Shown: positions 39,795 through 49,582 of the stretch, in pieces
Numbering within the stretch: the first letter of the stretch is position 1
Layout: each line of letters begins with the position of its first letter
DNA from: Bacilli bacterium
GTDB lineage: Bacteria; Bacillota_I; Bacilli_A; RFN20; CAG-826
Assembly (NCBI GenBank): GCA_017477255.1
Contig: JAFUXB010000002.1
Span: forward strand, 93,996 to 157,995
DNA length: 64,000 nucleotides
Direction: 5' to 3'
Made by a program: the position numbers and the translations under genes
The notes under the pieces: generated by a model
Databases searched by the model: none
What the model was told of the DNA's origin: nothing
The model's input: the letters and a program-made list of their open reading frames with translations, nothing else

Positions 39795-40628
39795 TTATCG
39801 ATTGTATCGTGCTTTTATTTTAGCAATCTTTTGCTCTAACTGCTGATTTGTAAGCAAATTTAGATTAAATTTTTGTATAAAATATTCAGGTAAATTGAGT
39901 GGTGATGTAGCTATATGTAAAGGGTTATGAACATCTAATCCAACTACAACATCAATAGGGTATTTTAAGGCAAATTGCCAGAAATAATAATTAGGATAAG
40001 GATTCGTGCCTTCTGATTGGCTTTTTAAGTTGTAATATCTAGTTCCACCAATATTTAATTCTAAAGGAACATTACATTCATAAGCAGTTTTAACTATTTC
40101 TTCACAAATATCTAAAATTTCAGGTGTGATCTTAGTTACTGAATGCATAAAAATGTCTGGATGAGCTATATAAAGGAATTTACCACTTCTAATTGCTTTA
40201 ATTAAATCATTTTTATATCTAATAATACCTTCTAAGTTGTCTTTTAAATTAAAACCAAAATAAGGAACTATTTCTCCTTTTTCATTATAAGATAAGTGCT
40301 GGCCTATAATTAAATAATCAAAATTATATTTAGTAAATAATTCATCATAATATGAATCATATCTATCCATATATTCAACTTCAAAACCTAAAAATAAGTT
40401 TAGATTTTTATGTTGTTCTTTCGCTTCATTAAATTCTTTTATATAACTATCAATTTCACTAAAATCTCCTCTCATTCCTTTATGACTAATTCCAGGGAAA
40501 AAGGCATGATCTGAAAAACCAATAGATGTATAACCAAGTTTTTCAAACTCTTCGATGTAATCATTAAAAGAGCCAACAGCGTGGCCACATCTATAATTGT
40601 GAGTGTGATAACAATAATTTAGTTTCAT
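39795..40628 (-). CDS. PHP-domain phosphoesterase (HisJ-family histidinol-phosphatase-like)
   Basis: The N-terminus YHTHNYRCGHA and later H/D metal ligands support the call. No Shine-Dalgarno is present. Confidence 0.75.
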   Translation of the reverse strand: MKLNYCYHTHNYRCGHAVGSFNDYIEEFEKLGYTSIGFSDHAFFPGISHKGMRGDFSEIDSYIKEFNEAKEQHKNLNLFLGFEVEYMDRYDSYYDELFTKYNFDYLIIGQHLSYNEKGEIVPYFGFNLKDNLEGIIRYKNDLIKAIRSGKFLYIAHPDIFMHSVTKITPEILDICEEIVKTAYECNVPLELNIGGTRYYNLKSQSEGTNPYPNYYFWQFALKYPIDVVVGLDVHNPLHIATSPLNLPEYFIQKFNLNLLTNQQLEQKIAKIKARYNR

Positions 40629-40635
40629 AGTTAAT

Positions 40636-40663
40636 TAGTAGTTTTTCAGTAGATATTTAGTAA
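40636..40663 (+). repeat. phased TAGTA-hexamer array G (3 units), inverted relative to the flanking genes
   Basis: TAGTAG starts at 40636, CAGTAG at 40647 and TAGTAA at 40658. The array fills the 36-nt hemW-PHP spacer. Confidence 0.8.
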
Positions 40664-40664
40664 A

Positions 40665-41792
40665 TTACAAGTTGATAAGATTAAAAATCTTTAATAAAAT
40701 TGAGTCCATTATAGCAATTCCATCATGGGTTAAACACAATGAACCCTTATTAATTATAGCAAGTTTTTTATTAATTAAAAGTTGTATATAGTCTTTTGCT
40801 ACTTCTAATAAATCTAATCCAAATCTTGCATTAAATTCTTCTAAATTTAAGCCCCATTTTGTTCTTAAATTAAGCATTAAATACTCTTCAATTTGTTGAT
40901 CTTTTGTTAGTTCTTCTTCAATAGATAATCTATCTTTATGTTCTAGATATTTGTTTAAATTACTAGTGTTTGTGTATCGTTTATTATCAATATATCCTGA
41001 TGCTCCAGCACCTAATCCAACGTAGTTACCACACTTCCAATAATTAATGTTATGCTTACTATATTTTCCATTTTTAGCAAAATTACTAACTTCATAATTA
41101 TCATATCCATGATCTTTTAGATATGAGCATATATAATCGTATAATAATCGATTTTGATCTTCATCAATCTCTTTTATGTGTTTATTAAAGAAAATAGTGC
41201 CGGGATTAACAGTTAATGAATAAATTGATATATGAGAGCAATTTAATGAGACAAATTTTTTTAAATTTTCTTTAAGTACTTCTATATTTTCATTTGGTAA
41301 CCCATAAATTAGATCAATATTGATGTTTTTAATATACTTTTTAACTTTTTTAATTAATGATTTAAAATCAATGCTTTTTCTACCAAGCATTTTTAAAGTA
41401 TCAGTATTAAAACTTTGAATACCTATTGAAATTCTATTTATACCGTATTTTTTAAAGAGATTTAGCTTTTCATCATCTAAATCTTCAGGATTAGCTTCAA
41501 TTGTAAATTCTGTGCCCTTTTTAGCTAATTTTTGACACTCTATAAGTATTTTTTCTAAGTTTTCATTACTTAAACATGATGGAGTTCCTCCACCAATATA
41601 AATTGTATTAAACTTAAAAAAACTAATTTGAGTTTTCTTAATATCTTCGATTAATTCGTTGATATATTGATCTTCAAAATTAGTTTTCTTTAAAAATTTT
41701 GTAAAGTCACAATAAGGACAGATGCTATTACAAAAAGGAATATGAATATATAAACTATTTATTTTCCTTTTGTTCATTTTCATATTGTTCAA
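40665..41792 (-). CDS. hemW: radical SAM heme chaperone HemW (HemN-like)
   Basis: It carries LYIHIPFCNSICPYCDF and sits in the lepA-hemN position. The exact start is uncertain (Met 1, 4 or 6). Confidence 0.85.
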   Translation of the reverse strand: MNNMKMNKRKINSLYIHIPFCNSICPYCDFTKFLKKTNFEDQYINELIEDIKKTQISFFKFNTIYIGGGTPSCLSNENLEKILIECQKLAKKGTEFTIEANPEDLDDEKLNLFKKYGINRISIGIQSFNTDTLKMLGRKSIDFKSLIKKVKKYIKNINIDLIYGLPNENIEVLKENLKKFVSLNCSHISIYSLTVNPGTIFFNKHIKEIDEDQNRLLYDYICSYLKDHGYDNYEVSNFAKNGKYSKHNINYWKCGNYVGLGAGASGYIDNKRYTNTSNLNKYLEHKDRLSIEEELTKDQQIEEYLMLNLRTKWGLNLEEFNARFGLDLLEVAKDYIQLLINKKLAIINKGSLCLTHDGIAIMDSILLKIFNLINL

Positions 41793-42003
41793 ATTGCTTT
41801 TTAGTTTCTTCGTCTTCTACATCTTCCAAATATCTTTCGACATTTTCTTTTGCAATTTGTTTTTCATCCATTTCTGGTTTTTCTTCCTTAAATAAGAATT
41901 TTTTAACTAATAAAATAGCTAATACAATAATACCAAAAATAATGACTAATCCAACTAAGATTACTACAGGATTTTTTAACCATTCATTTGCTAATGTAAT
42001 CAT
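41755..42003 (-). CDS. small single-pass membrane protein with an acidic tail
   Basis: An 82-aa ORF with one transmembrane helix (VVILVGLVIIFGIIVLAILLV) and an E/K-rich C-terminus. Confidence 0.55.
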   Translation of the reverse strand: MITLANEWLKNPVVILVGLVIIFGIIVLAILLVKKFLFKEEKPEMDEKQIAKENVERYLEDVEDEETKKQFEQYENEQKENK

Positions 42004-42009
42004 AAACTA

Positions 42010-43383
42010 TTATCCTTTCTTAACTGGAGTGTAGATATATTTATTTTTAAGTGGTTCTTTTCTATAGAATCCTAAATATACTAATGTATCCATGCTTGTA
42101 CGGGCAGTTTCATAAGCACAGCCTAATTCTCTCTTAAATTGAGCAATTGTGTATTTCATGCCAATTGTACAATGTCTTGCATAGAAATAAGCTTGAGCTC
42201 TAGATAATTCTGGATGTAATTCAAGCAAATGAGTTTCTAATTTATTTGCTTCTTCTTCATTTAATCCATCTGGAACTTCAGATATAGCAATATTTTTGTT
42301 GTAATTGACGTTTGAATCATCAATTTTTTCAACATATCTTTCAACAACCTTAATTTCTTCTTTTGGTTCTTCATTTGATACTTGATTAACAACAGGTTCA
42401 GTTGAATATGTTTCTTCAGCAATTTCATCTACTTTTGATGAACTTAAGATTTCATTTAAATCTTCGATGCAATGCTCAAATTTCTTTAATATATAGTTTA
42501 AGAAATAAGTTAAATCTAAAGTTTTTTGGCTTTCCAAAATAAAGCTTTCAAATTGTTCTTTTTCAAGTAATAAACTTTCAGCATTTAAATAGATTGCTAA
42601 TTCACCAAGATCATTACGTGCAAGTATTTCTTTAAATAATAAGACGCTCATTTCTTCACTAAATGCTTCGAATGGAACGACATAATAGAAATAATAAAGA
42701 GCACATGTTGCTTTAACAAATAATGAATTAGTGCTAGTTTCCAAGAAATTGAATAACGAATCCATTGAAGATTCAATTGTATTACTTGGAACACCTAAAT
42801 AAAGTTTATTAATAACTACTTTATTTAATGAATTTTCAATTTCAGTAGTTCTATAAAATTCAGTTAAATCATCAGTTCCTAATAATGAACTATAAGTTAA
42901 ACCTAGAAATTCATCTTTTAAGCTACAATCATAGTTTTTAGCTAAATTTTTAATTGTTCTAAAGTATTTATTTAATAACATTGCTTCTGGTGAAAGTAAG
43001 CTAATGTCTTCACTAATTATTCTATCAATTGTTGCGCTATCAACATTGATTTTATATTTTTGAGCAACCGTTCTTAAAATTCTATTTAAAGCTCTTGATT
43101 CAAAATTATGTTTACCATTTCTGCCGAGTTTAGTGTAATTAAGTAAAATTTTAATTAATTTTCTATCAATTTGGTTAACTCTTTCATTGATTGAAGGTGC
43201 TAAACATACACTATAATTTGAATTATTAACATGCTTTAAACTTAAAACGACTTGGAAATTACTTCTGTATTCTAAAACTTGATCCCAAATATTATCAACA
43301 ATTGGGACTTTCATTTGTCTAATGACATCTTGCTTTGTGGCATACATGTCGTTAGTAAATCTTGCGCCTATATTGTTTGCCAT
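42010..43383 (-). CDS. hypothetical protein (457 aa), possibly a degenerate Fic-like core plus a C-terminal winged helix
   Basis: It has its own promoter and a GAGGT ribosome-binding site. The segment VVPFEAFSEEMSVLLFKEIL lies where a Fic HxFx(D/E)GNGRxxR motif would be, but it lacks the catalytic residues. The C-terminus looks like a winged helix-turn-helix. This was not verified. Confidence 0.5.
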   Translation of the reverse strand: MANNIGARFTNDMYATKQDVIRQMKVPIVDNIWDQVLEYRSNFQVVLSLKHVNNSNYSVCLAPSINERVNQIDRKLIKILLNYTKLGRNGKHNFESRALNRILRTVAQKYKINVDSATIDRIISEDISLLSPEAMLLNKYFRTIKNLAKNYDCSLKDEFLGLTYSSLLGTDDLTEFYRTTEIENSLNKVVINKLYLGVPSNTIESSMDSLFNFLETSTNSLFVKATCALYYFYYVVPFEAFSEEMSVLLFKEILARNDLGELAIYLNAESLLLEKEQFESFILESQKTLDLTYFLNYILKKFEHCIEDLNEILSSSKVDEIAEETYSTEPVVNQVSNEEPKEEIKVVERYVEKIDDSNVNYNKNIAISEVPDGLNEEEANKLETHLLELHPELSRAQAYFYARHCTIGMKYTIAQFKRELGCAYETARTSMDTLVYLGFYRKEPLKNKYIYTPVKKG

Positions 43384-43403
43384 ATAAAGTTACCTCAATA
43401 ATT

Positions 43404-43431
43404 ATTATATAATTATTTCATTTCTTTGCAA
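43404..43431 (-). promoter_or_regulatory. sigma-70-type promoter for the 457-aa gene
   Basis: The - strand reads TTGCAA, a 16-nt spacer, then TATAAT. Confidence 0.6.
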
Positions 43432-43438
43432 TATTGAA

Positions 43439-43466
43439 CTACTAAAAAAATACTAAATAATTACTA
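43439..43466 (-). repeat. phased TAGTA-hexamer array D (3 units, possibly a 4th degenerate unit)
   Basis: The + strand units CTACTA, ATACTA and TTACTA start at 43439, 43450 and 43461, with CTATCA at 43472. The array lies just upstream of the -35 box of the promoter at 43404-43431. Confidence 0.8.
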
Positions 43467-43489
43467 AAAAACTATCACTTTTTTTGCAT

Positions 43490-43519
43490 AAAAAAAGCAA
43501 TTGTATGAAATACAATTAC
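43490..43519 (-). terminator. terminator after the zinc-ribbon gene
   Basis: On the - strand GTAATTGTA pairs with TACAATTGC (one mismatch) around a 5-nt loop, followed by T7. Confidence 0.5.
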
Positions 43520-43541
43520 CTCATAAAATTGCTTAATATTT

Positions 43542-43928
43542 TTAATAACGCATTGATGCTGCTAAAACGCCTGTAGCAATTAAAACTCCGTAGATAATTC
43601 CGACGACAACACTAATGGCAACTTCAACAACAAATCCGATGATAGCGCCTTTTTTGAGCTTTGGTTTATTGATTACTAATCCAATAATAAGACCTATTAA
43701 ACCAAGGAAGAATCCTAAGCAGAAACCACCAGCAAATGAACCTTCATCAACATAAACTGGTTGTCTTGGTGCTTGATTTAAATCTTCTCCTCTATTAATT
43801 GGATTATTTGCAGCTTCATCTAAAGCTGCAGTTTTTTCTGCAGGACTTAATTTGTACCCACATTTTGGACAAGCATCTAATTGGCTTGACATAACGCTTT
43901 TACATTCTGGACATCTAATTAAAGCCAT
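43542..43928 (-). CDS. zinc-ribbon membrane protein
   Basis: The N-terminus is CPECK...CPKCG. The C-terminus has two glycine-rich transmembrane helices. Confidence 0.6.
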   Translation of the reverse strand: MALIRCPECKSVMSSQLDACPKCGYKLSPAEKTAALDEAANNPINRGEDLNQAPRQPVYVDEGSFAGGFCLGFFLGLIGLIIGLVINKPKLKKGAIIGFVVEVAISVVVGIIYGVLIATGVLAASMRY

Positions 43929-43977
43929 AATAATACCCCTTTTTTATTATTATAAATCAAATAATAAAATTTCAAAA

Positions 43978-45795
43978 CTAATCTTCGATGTCTTCATCTA
44001 AGGATAAGATGCTCATAAATGCATCTTGTGGTACTTCAACACTACCAATTTGTTTCATACGTTTCTTACCTTCCTTTTGTTTTTCAAGAAGTTTACGTTT
44101 ACGGGTAATATCTCCACCATAGCACTTAGCTAAAACATCTTTTCTAACTGATTTAATATCAGCTCTAGCAATAACCTTTCCATTTACAGCAGCTTGAACA
44201 GGAACTTCAAATTGTTGTCTAGGAATAACTTGTTTTAATTTTCTAACTAAAGTTACGCCTCTATTATAGCCAAATGGTTTGTATATAATTGAGCTTAAAG
44301 CATCGATTACTTCGCCATTTAATAAAACATCCATCTTGGCTAAATTGCTAACTTTATAATCACTTAATTCATAATCAAGTGATGCATATCCTCTTGTACA
44401 ACTCTTTAATTTATCGAAGAAATTAAAGATAATTTCACTAAGAGGAATCTCGTATTTTAAAATCATTCTAGTATCATCAAAATATTCAAGATCTAAATAA
44501 ATTCCACGTTTATCTTGGCATAATTTCATGATTGTTCCTACATATTCTTTAGGAGTCATAATTTCGGCCTTAACATATGGTTCTTCTATTGATTTAACTG
44601 TTGATAAATCAGGCATTTTACTTGGATTATCTAAGCTAATTTGTGTTCCATCTGTTAAATTTACTTTATAAATAACACTTGGAGCAGTCATGATTAAATC
44701 AAGATTATATTCTCTTTCAAGACGTTCTTGGACAACGTCCATATGAAGCAATCCTAAAAAACCACATCTAAATCCAAAGCCTAAAGCTTGTGACGTTTCA
44801 GCTTCAAATTTTAATGAACTATCATTTAAAGAAAGTTTTTCTAAAGCATCTTTTAAATCTTCATATTTTCTACTATCAGTAGGATAAACACCACTAAAAA
44901 CCATTGGATTTATATTTCTATAACCAGGTAATGGCTCTTTTGCAGGATTTGAAGAAAGCGTGATTGTATCGCCAACTTTTACATCATGAATATCTTTAAT
45001 TTGTCCACAAAGATATCCAACTTCACCACAATATAAAGCATCACTTTTAATTTCTGCTGGTGTTCTAATTCCAAGTTCAGTAACTAGGAATTCTTTATTA
45101 GTTTTCATAAAGCGAATTGTATCGCCAACTTTAATTTTTCCTTCTTTAATTTTAATTAAAGCTACAACTCCTCTATAAGAATCATAATAACTATCAAAAA
45201 TTAAAGCTTGTAAAGGATTATCATTACTTCCACTTGGAGCAGGAATATCAGTAACAATTCTTTCTAATATTTCTTGAACATTTTCGCCAGTTTTAGCACT
45301 TACTAAAACAGCGTGTTCACCATCTAAGCCAAGTCTATCAGTAATTTCTTTTTTACATACATCAACCATTGAACTAGCTAAATCGATTTTATTTAAAACA
45401 GGAATAATCTCTAAATCATTATCAACTGCTAAATACATATTAGCTAAAGTTTGAGCTTCAACTCCTTGTGTTGAATCGATTACTAAAACAGCTCCTTCAC
45501 AAGCTGCTAATGATCTAGAAACTTCATAAGTAAAATCGACATGCCCTGGAGTGTCAATAAGGTTAAAAATATATGTATTTCCATCTTTTGCATTATATTC
45601 AAAAGTTGCAGTATTTAATTTAATTGTAATACCTCTTTCCCTTTCTAAGTCCATAGAATCGAGGATTTGGTCTTTCATTTCACGTTTTGTAATTGTATTT
45701 GTTAATTCTAAAATACGATCTGCCAATGTAGATTTACCATGGTCAATGTGAGCAATAATACTAAAGCTTCTAATTTTCGATTGATCGTATTTCAT
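43978..45795 (-). CDS. lepA: elongation factor 4
   Basis: A 605-aa ORF with the motifs [21 protein letters not shown] and NKID and a LepA C-terminal domain. Confidence 0.95.
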   Translation of the reverse strand: MKYDQSKIRSFSIIAHIDHGKSTLADRILELTNTITKREMKDQILDSMDLERERGITIKLNTATFEYNAKDGNTYIFNLIDTPGHVDFTYEVSRSLAACEGAVLVIDSTQGVEAQTLANMYLAVDNDLEIIPVLNKIDLASSMVDVCKKEITDRLGLDGEHAVLVSAKTGENVQEILERIVTDIPAPSGSNDNPLQALIFDSYYDSYRGVVALIKIKEGKIKVGDTIRFMKTNKEFLVTELGIRTPAEIKSDALYCGEVGYLCGQIKDIHDVKVGDTITLSSNPAKEPLPGYRNINPMVFSGVYPTDSRKYEDLKDALEKLSLNDSSLKFEAETSQALGFGFRCGFLGLLHMDVVQERLEREYNLDLIMTAPSVIYKVNLTDGTQISLDNPSKMPDLSTVKSIEEPYVKAEIMTPKEYVGTIMKLCQDKRGIYLDLEYFDDTRMILKYEIPLSEIIFNFFDKLKSCTRGYASLDYELSDYKVSNLAKMDVLLNGEVIDALSSIIYKPFGYNRGVTLVRKLKQVIPRQQFEVPVQAAVNGKVIARADIKSVRKDVLAKCYGGDITRKRKLLEKQKEGKKRMKQIGSVEVPQDAFMSILSLDEDIED

Positions 45796-45810
45796 ATGCT
45801 TAAAATTATA

Positions 45811-48177
45811 TCAATTTTTATTAAAATTGTTTAAGTAATTTGATAAGTCTTGAACGCTATATACTTTTTTATATTCATCCCAGTCACTTTTAAATAAATT
45901 TTTATATGTATTTCTTGCATAACGTGTATCAATAAGTAAGGCTGAGCCTTTATCGTTTTCAGTTCTAATAAGTCTTCCTACTGCTTGCATTACTCGATTC
46001 ATTCCAGGATAAACATAAGCATAATTAAATCCATCAAGTTTTAATGATGAATAATAATCCCTTAATAAATTGTTTTCAAAATTATAATTAGGCATTCCTA
46101 CACCTAAAACGATAACTCCAATTAATCTGTCGTTAATTAAATCTATACCTTCACTAAAACTTCCACCAATTACAACAAATCCTACTGTTGTCTTTTTAGG
46201 ATTTTCTACAAAGTAATCTAAGAATGAATATTTATCATTCATTGTCATATCTTGCTTTTGAAAAACATATTTAATTTGTCTAGAAGATATAAATCTATCT
46301 TTTAATAATTTTAAATATTCAAAAGATGGTGCAAAAACTAAATAATTACCAACTTTATTCTTTATAAATTCATTAATATATTCTTCGATTTTATCGATTG
46401 TATCGAGTCTATCAGAATACATTAAAGATGTATTTGTGTTAATTAATAAATTAAGATTATTCTTATCAAATGGTGATTCAATTCTTTTAAAATCGAGATT
46501 ATTTATTCCTAAAATGCTATGCATGTAATAATCAATTGGTGAAATTGTTCCACTAAAAAATATTGATCCATTACATGAAAACACAGTTTCATTTATAAAT
46601 GGTGAAGCATCTAAACAATAAATTTTAATATATAAATCATCTTCATTTATTTTATGAACATAGATTGAAAAATTCGTGTTTACGAGTTCATAAATTCTTA
46701 AAAATTTATATATTTCTTTTGAATAGTTGTCGCACTCCTCACTAAAGAAATTAGTGTGATTATTTGTATAATCTTTATAAATTTCAGTGAATTTTTTAAG
46801 GTCATTAATTATTTCGTGATCTATTGTTTGTAAAACTAAATCTTTTACTTCATTTCCATCTTTATCTTCAAACACAAAGTTTTTAATATTTTTAAAATGA
46901 GAATTAATTTTAGAAACAATATTTTTAAGTCTTTTATTATTTTCTTTATTTAAAATTTTTCTAACTTCTTTAAAGTCTCCATAAGATAAAGTTGAGCTAT
47001 ACATGTCTCTTGCTCTACTAATTAAGTTATGAGCTTCATCAATATATAAGAATTTTTTATAATCTACATCTGGTGCTTCAAAATATCTTTTTAGTCTTGC
47101 TGTTGGATGAAAAACATAGTTATAATCGCATAAAATGTAATTGCAATATAAACTTATATCTAAAGAAAGTTCATAAGGGCAAACCATATTTTCCCAAGCA
47201 ATTTCTTTTAAAACATCTGATGTAAAAACGTCATATTTGATTAAATTTAACTTAATAATATCACCAATTTTTGAGTAATATTCTTTTGCAAAAGGACACT
47301 TATCTGGATTACATTTTCTTTCAGTTGAAAGACACATTTTTTCTTTACTTAAAATAGATGCAACTTTAATTTTTGCACCTTTATTAAGCATCATATAAAA
47401 GGTATCTAAAACAGGGATAAATCCACTATTTTTTGGTGTAAGATAAAAGAATTTATCAATTTTTCCTTGTTGCAAATATCTAAGTGAAGGATATAAAAAT
47501 GAAATAGTTTTTCCAATACCTGTAGAAGCTTCAACAAATACAGTTTTACCTTCTTTTATTACATCGCTTGTATAATTAACAAGTTCTTCTTGTCCTTTTC
47601 TATAATGTTCAAAAGGAAATTCAAAATTTTTAAGACTTTCATTTCTTTCTTTCATTAATTTTTCTTGCAAAAAAACGAATGAAATATAGTCTTCAAGATA
47701 TGAATTTATATTGTGTTTTAAAGTTAAAAAATCATATTTAAATTCTTTGGTTTCAACTTTCTTTTTATCTTTTTGAGAAATATAAGTTAATCTAACACTT
47801 ATATCGTTTAAATTATTTTTTAAACAATATAAATATGCATAGCATTCCGCTTGTCCTAAATGCCATGCTTTATTTTTCTCATAAAATTCATTTAAATCGC
47901 CATTAGTTGATTTAATTTCATCGATGCAAACGGAGTTTTTGTTGATGATTAAACCATCCATTCTTCCGTTTAAAACAAATACATAATCTTTATAAATAAT
48001 GGTTCCTTCAATAAAAACTTCACTAAAATAATTTTCATTTTGTTTACTTTGATAAAATTGATGTACTTTTGTTCCTTCAGTTAAAGTTTCAGTATTAAAA
48101 AGGCGATCATCAATATCACCTTTTCTTAATACAAAATCAACTAATTGGTGTACACTTAATTCAAAATAATGTTTCAT
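45811..48177 (-). CDS. PD-(D/E)XK nuclease domain fused to a DinG/XPD-family Fe-S helicase
   Basis: The N-terminus carries GRMDGLI...IDEIKST...QAECYAYLY, a RecB/Cas4-like D...ExK...QxxxY pattern. Then come Walker A (STGIGKT), a Cys cluster (MCLSTERKCNPDKCPF...VCPYE) and DEAH (IDEAHNL). The stop codon is TGA. Confidence 0.7.
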   Translation of the reverse strand: MKHYFELSVHQLVDFVLRKGDIDDRLFNTETLTEGTKVHQFYQSKQNENYFSEVFIEGTIIYKDYVFVLNGRMDGLIINKNSVCIDEIKSTNGDLNEFYEKNKAWHLGQAECYAYLYCLKNNLNDISVRLTYISQKDKKKVETKEFKYDFLTLKHNINSYLEDYISFVFLQEKLMKERNESLKNFEFPFEHYRKGQEELVNYTSDVIKEGKTVFVEASTGIGKTISFLYPSLRYLQQGKIDKFFYLTPKNSGFIPVLDTFYMMLNKGAKIKVASILSKEKMCLSTERKCNPDKCPFAKEYYSKIGDIIKLNLIKYDVFTSDVLKEIAWENMVCPYELSLDISLYCNYILCDYNYVFHPTARLKRYFEAPDVDYKKFLYIDEAHNLISRARDMYSSTLSYGDFKEVRKILNKENNKRLKNIVSKINSHFKNIKNFVFEDKDGNEVKDLVLQTIDHEIINDLKKFTEIYKDYTNNHTNFFSEECDNYSKEIYKFLRIYELVNTNFSIYVHKINEDDLYIKIYCLDASPFINETVFSCNGSIFFSGTISPIDYYMHSILGINNLDFKRIESPFDKNNLNLLINTNTSLMYSDRLDTIDKIEEYINEFIKNKVGNYLVFAPSFEYLKLLKDRFISSRQIKYVFQKQDMTMNDKYSFLDYFVENPKKTTVGFVVIGGSFSEGIDLINDRLIGVIVLGVGMPNYNFENNLLRDYYSSLKLDGFNYAYVYPGMNRVMQAVGRLIRTENDKGSALLIDTRYARNTYKNLFKSDWDEYKKVYSVQDLSNYLNNFNKN

Positions 48178-49118
48178 TCAATTTTATCGCCAATTTTAAA
48201 ATAATCTTTATTGCCGTTATAAAAATCAGAAATATTTAAGACTTTTTTACCAGGTTTTTGAAGTTTTGTAATTTTAATTAATCCATCTTTTGATGAAATT
48301 AATAATCCGTTTTTATCATATCCACAAATAACTGAAACTTCGGAAATTTGCTCTTTTTTAATAAAATCTGCCTTAAAAACCTTTATTTTTTCATTTTTAT
48401 ACATGAAATATGTGCCTGGTTCATCAGTTAATGCTCTAATTAAATTAATAATTTCTACTCCATTTTTATTAAAATCAATTCTTTCTAAAGAGGAATCAAT
48501 TTTTGAAGTAAATGTTACTAAATTTTCATCTTGTTCTACACCTTTGTTTATCTCATTTACTACATCTTCAATGTTTTCATCAAAAACTTTATATGCTGCT
48601 TCAGCAATTTTAATTTTTAAAGATGAATAATTATCATCGCTATTTATTGCAAATGTTTCTATAGCAAAAACTCTACCAGCATCCATTTTTTTAACCATTT
48701 CCATTAGGGAAACACCAGTTTCTAAATCACCATTTAAAAGCGAATATTGGATAGGTGCTGCTCCTCTATATTTTGGTAAAATTGATCCATGTAAATTTAA
48801 AGCTTTAAAAGTTGGTATATTTAAAATTTCTTCTGGAATTATTTGACCATAAGCTAAAGTTAAAATAATATCTGGTTTAATTTGTCTAATTTCTTCGATA
48901 AATTCTTTGATTTTTAAAGGTTGATAAACATTAACACCATATTTTAAAGCGACTTCTTTAGTCTTAGTTGGAAGTAATTGTCCTTTTCTATTTACTTCTT
49001 TATCTACTTGAGAAATTACTCCGACGATATTAAAAGAATTAGTGATTAAACGTTCTAAAACTACTGCACTAATGTCTGGTGTTCCAAAATATAATATTTT
49101 AAGATCTTTTTTATTCAT
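48174..49118 (-). CDS. fmt: methionyl-tRNA formyltransferase
   Basis: Motifs are ILYFGTP and NLHGSILPKYRGAAPIQ. Confidence 0.9.
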   Translation of the reverse strand: MNKKDLKILYFGTPDISAVVLERLITNSFNIVGVISQVDKEVNRKGQLLPTKTKEVALKYGVNVYQPLKIKEFIEEIRQIKPDIILTLAYGQIIPEEILNIPTFKALNLHGSILPKYRGAAPIQYSLLNGDLETGVSLMEMVKKMDAGRVFAIETFAINSDDNYSSLKIKIAEAAYKVFDENIEDVVNEINKGVEQDENLVTFTSKIDSSLERIDFNKNGVEIINLIRALTDEPGTYFMYKNEKIKVFKADFIKKEQISEVSVICGYDKNGLLISSKDGLIKITKLQKPGKKVLNISDFYNGNKDYFKIGDKIE

Positions 49119-49199
49119 TTTTACCTCTAATGATATTATTATATCATTAAATAAAGGGTTAAATAAAACATTATATTTGCCTTAAAAAGCACATTTATA

Positions 49200-49229
49200 T
49201 TGCATTTATTAATTAAATATTGATATAAT
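49200..49229 (+). promoter_or_regulatory. rpsT promoter (extended -10)
   Basis: The sequence is TTGCAT, an 18-nt spacer ending in TGA, then TATAAT. Confidence 0.55.
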
Positions 49230-49256
49230 AATCCTCGTATAAAAAGAGGTAATGAA

Positions 49257-49520
49257 ATGGCAAATATTAAATCTCAAAAGAAAAGAATTAAAACTAATGA
49301 AAAAGCTAGACTTAGAAATGTTTCTTATAAGTCAAAATTAAGAACAGCTATGAAGCAAGTTAAAGCTGCTGTCGAAGCTGGTGATAAAGAAAAAGCATTA
49401 GTTTTAGTAAATAAAGCAAACAGTGTCATTGACAGAGCCGTTGTAAAAGGTATTGAACATCATAAGACTGCTGCTCGTCAAAAATCTACTCTTGCTAGAT
49501 TAATTAACGGATTAAAATAA
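49257..49520 (+). CDS. rpsT: 30S ribosomal protein S20
   Basis: The N-terminus is MANIKSQKKRIKTNEKARLRN. Confidence 0.95.
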   Translation: MANIKSQKKRIKTNEKARLRNVSYKSKLRTAMKQVKAAVEAGDKEKALVLVNKANSVIDRAVVKGIEHHKTAARQKSTLARLINGLK

Positions 49521-49536
49521 GTTAAAGAAAGTATAT

Positions 49537-49567
49537 AAAAAAGTTCCCATCAAATGGGAACTTTTTT
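49537..49567. terminator. bidirectional terminator (rpsT / BNR lipoprotein gene)
   Basis: AAAAAAGTTCCCA pairs with TGGGAACTTTTTT around a 5-nt loop. Confidence 0.85.
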
Positions 49568-49582
49568 GTTATTGATTATTAA

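Noticed and set aside
49230-49256. A CCTC...GAGG mini-hairpin in the rpsT leader as an autoregulatory structure that sequesters the ribosome-binding site.
   Set aside because: It has only 4 bp of complementarity, which is too weak to claim from sequence alone.
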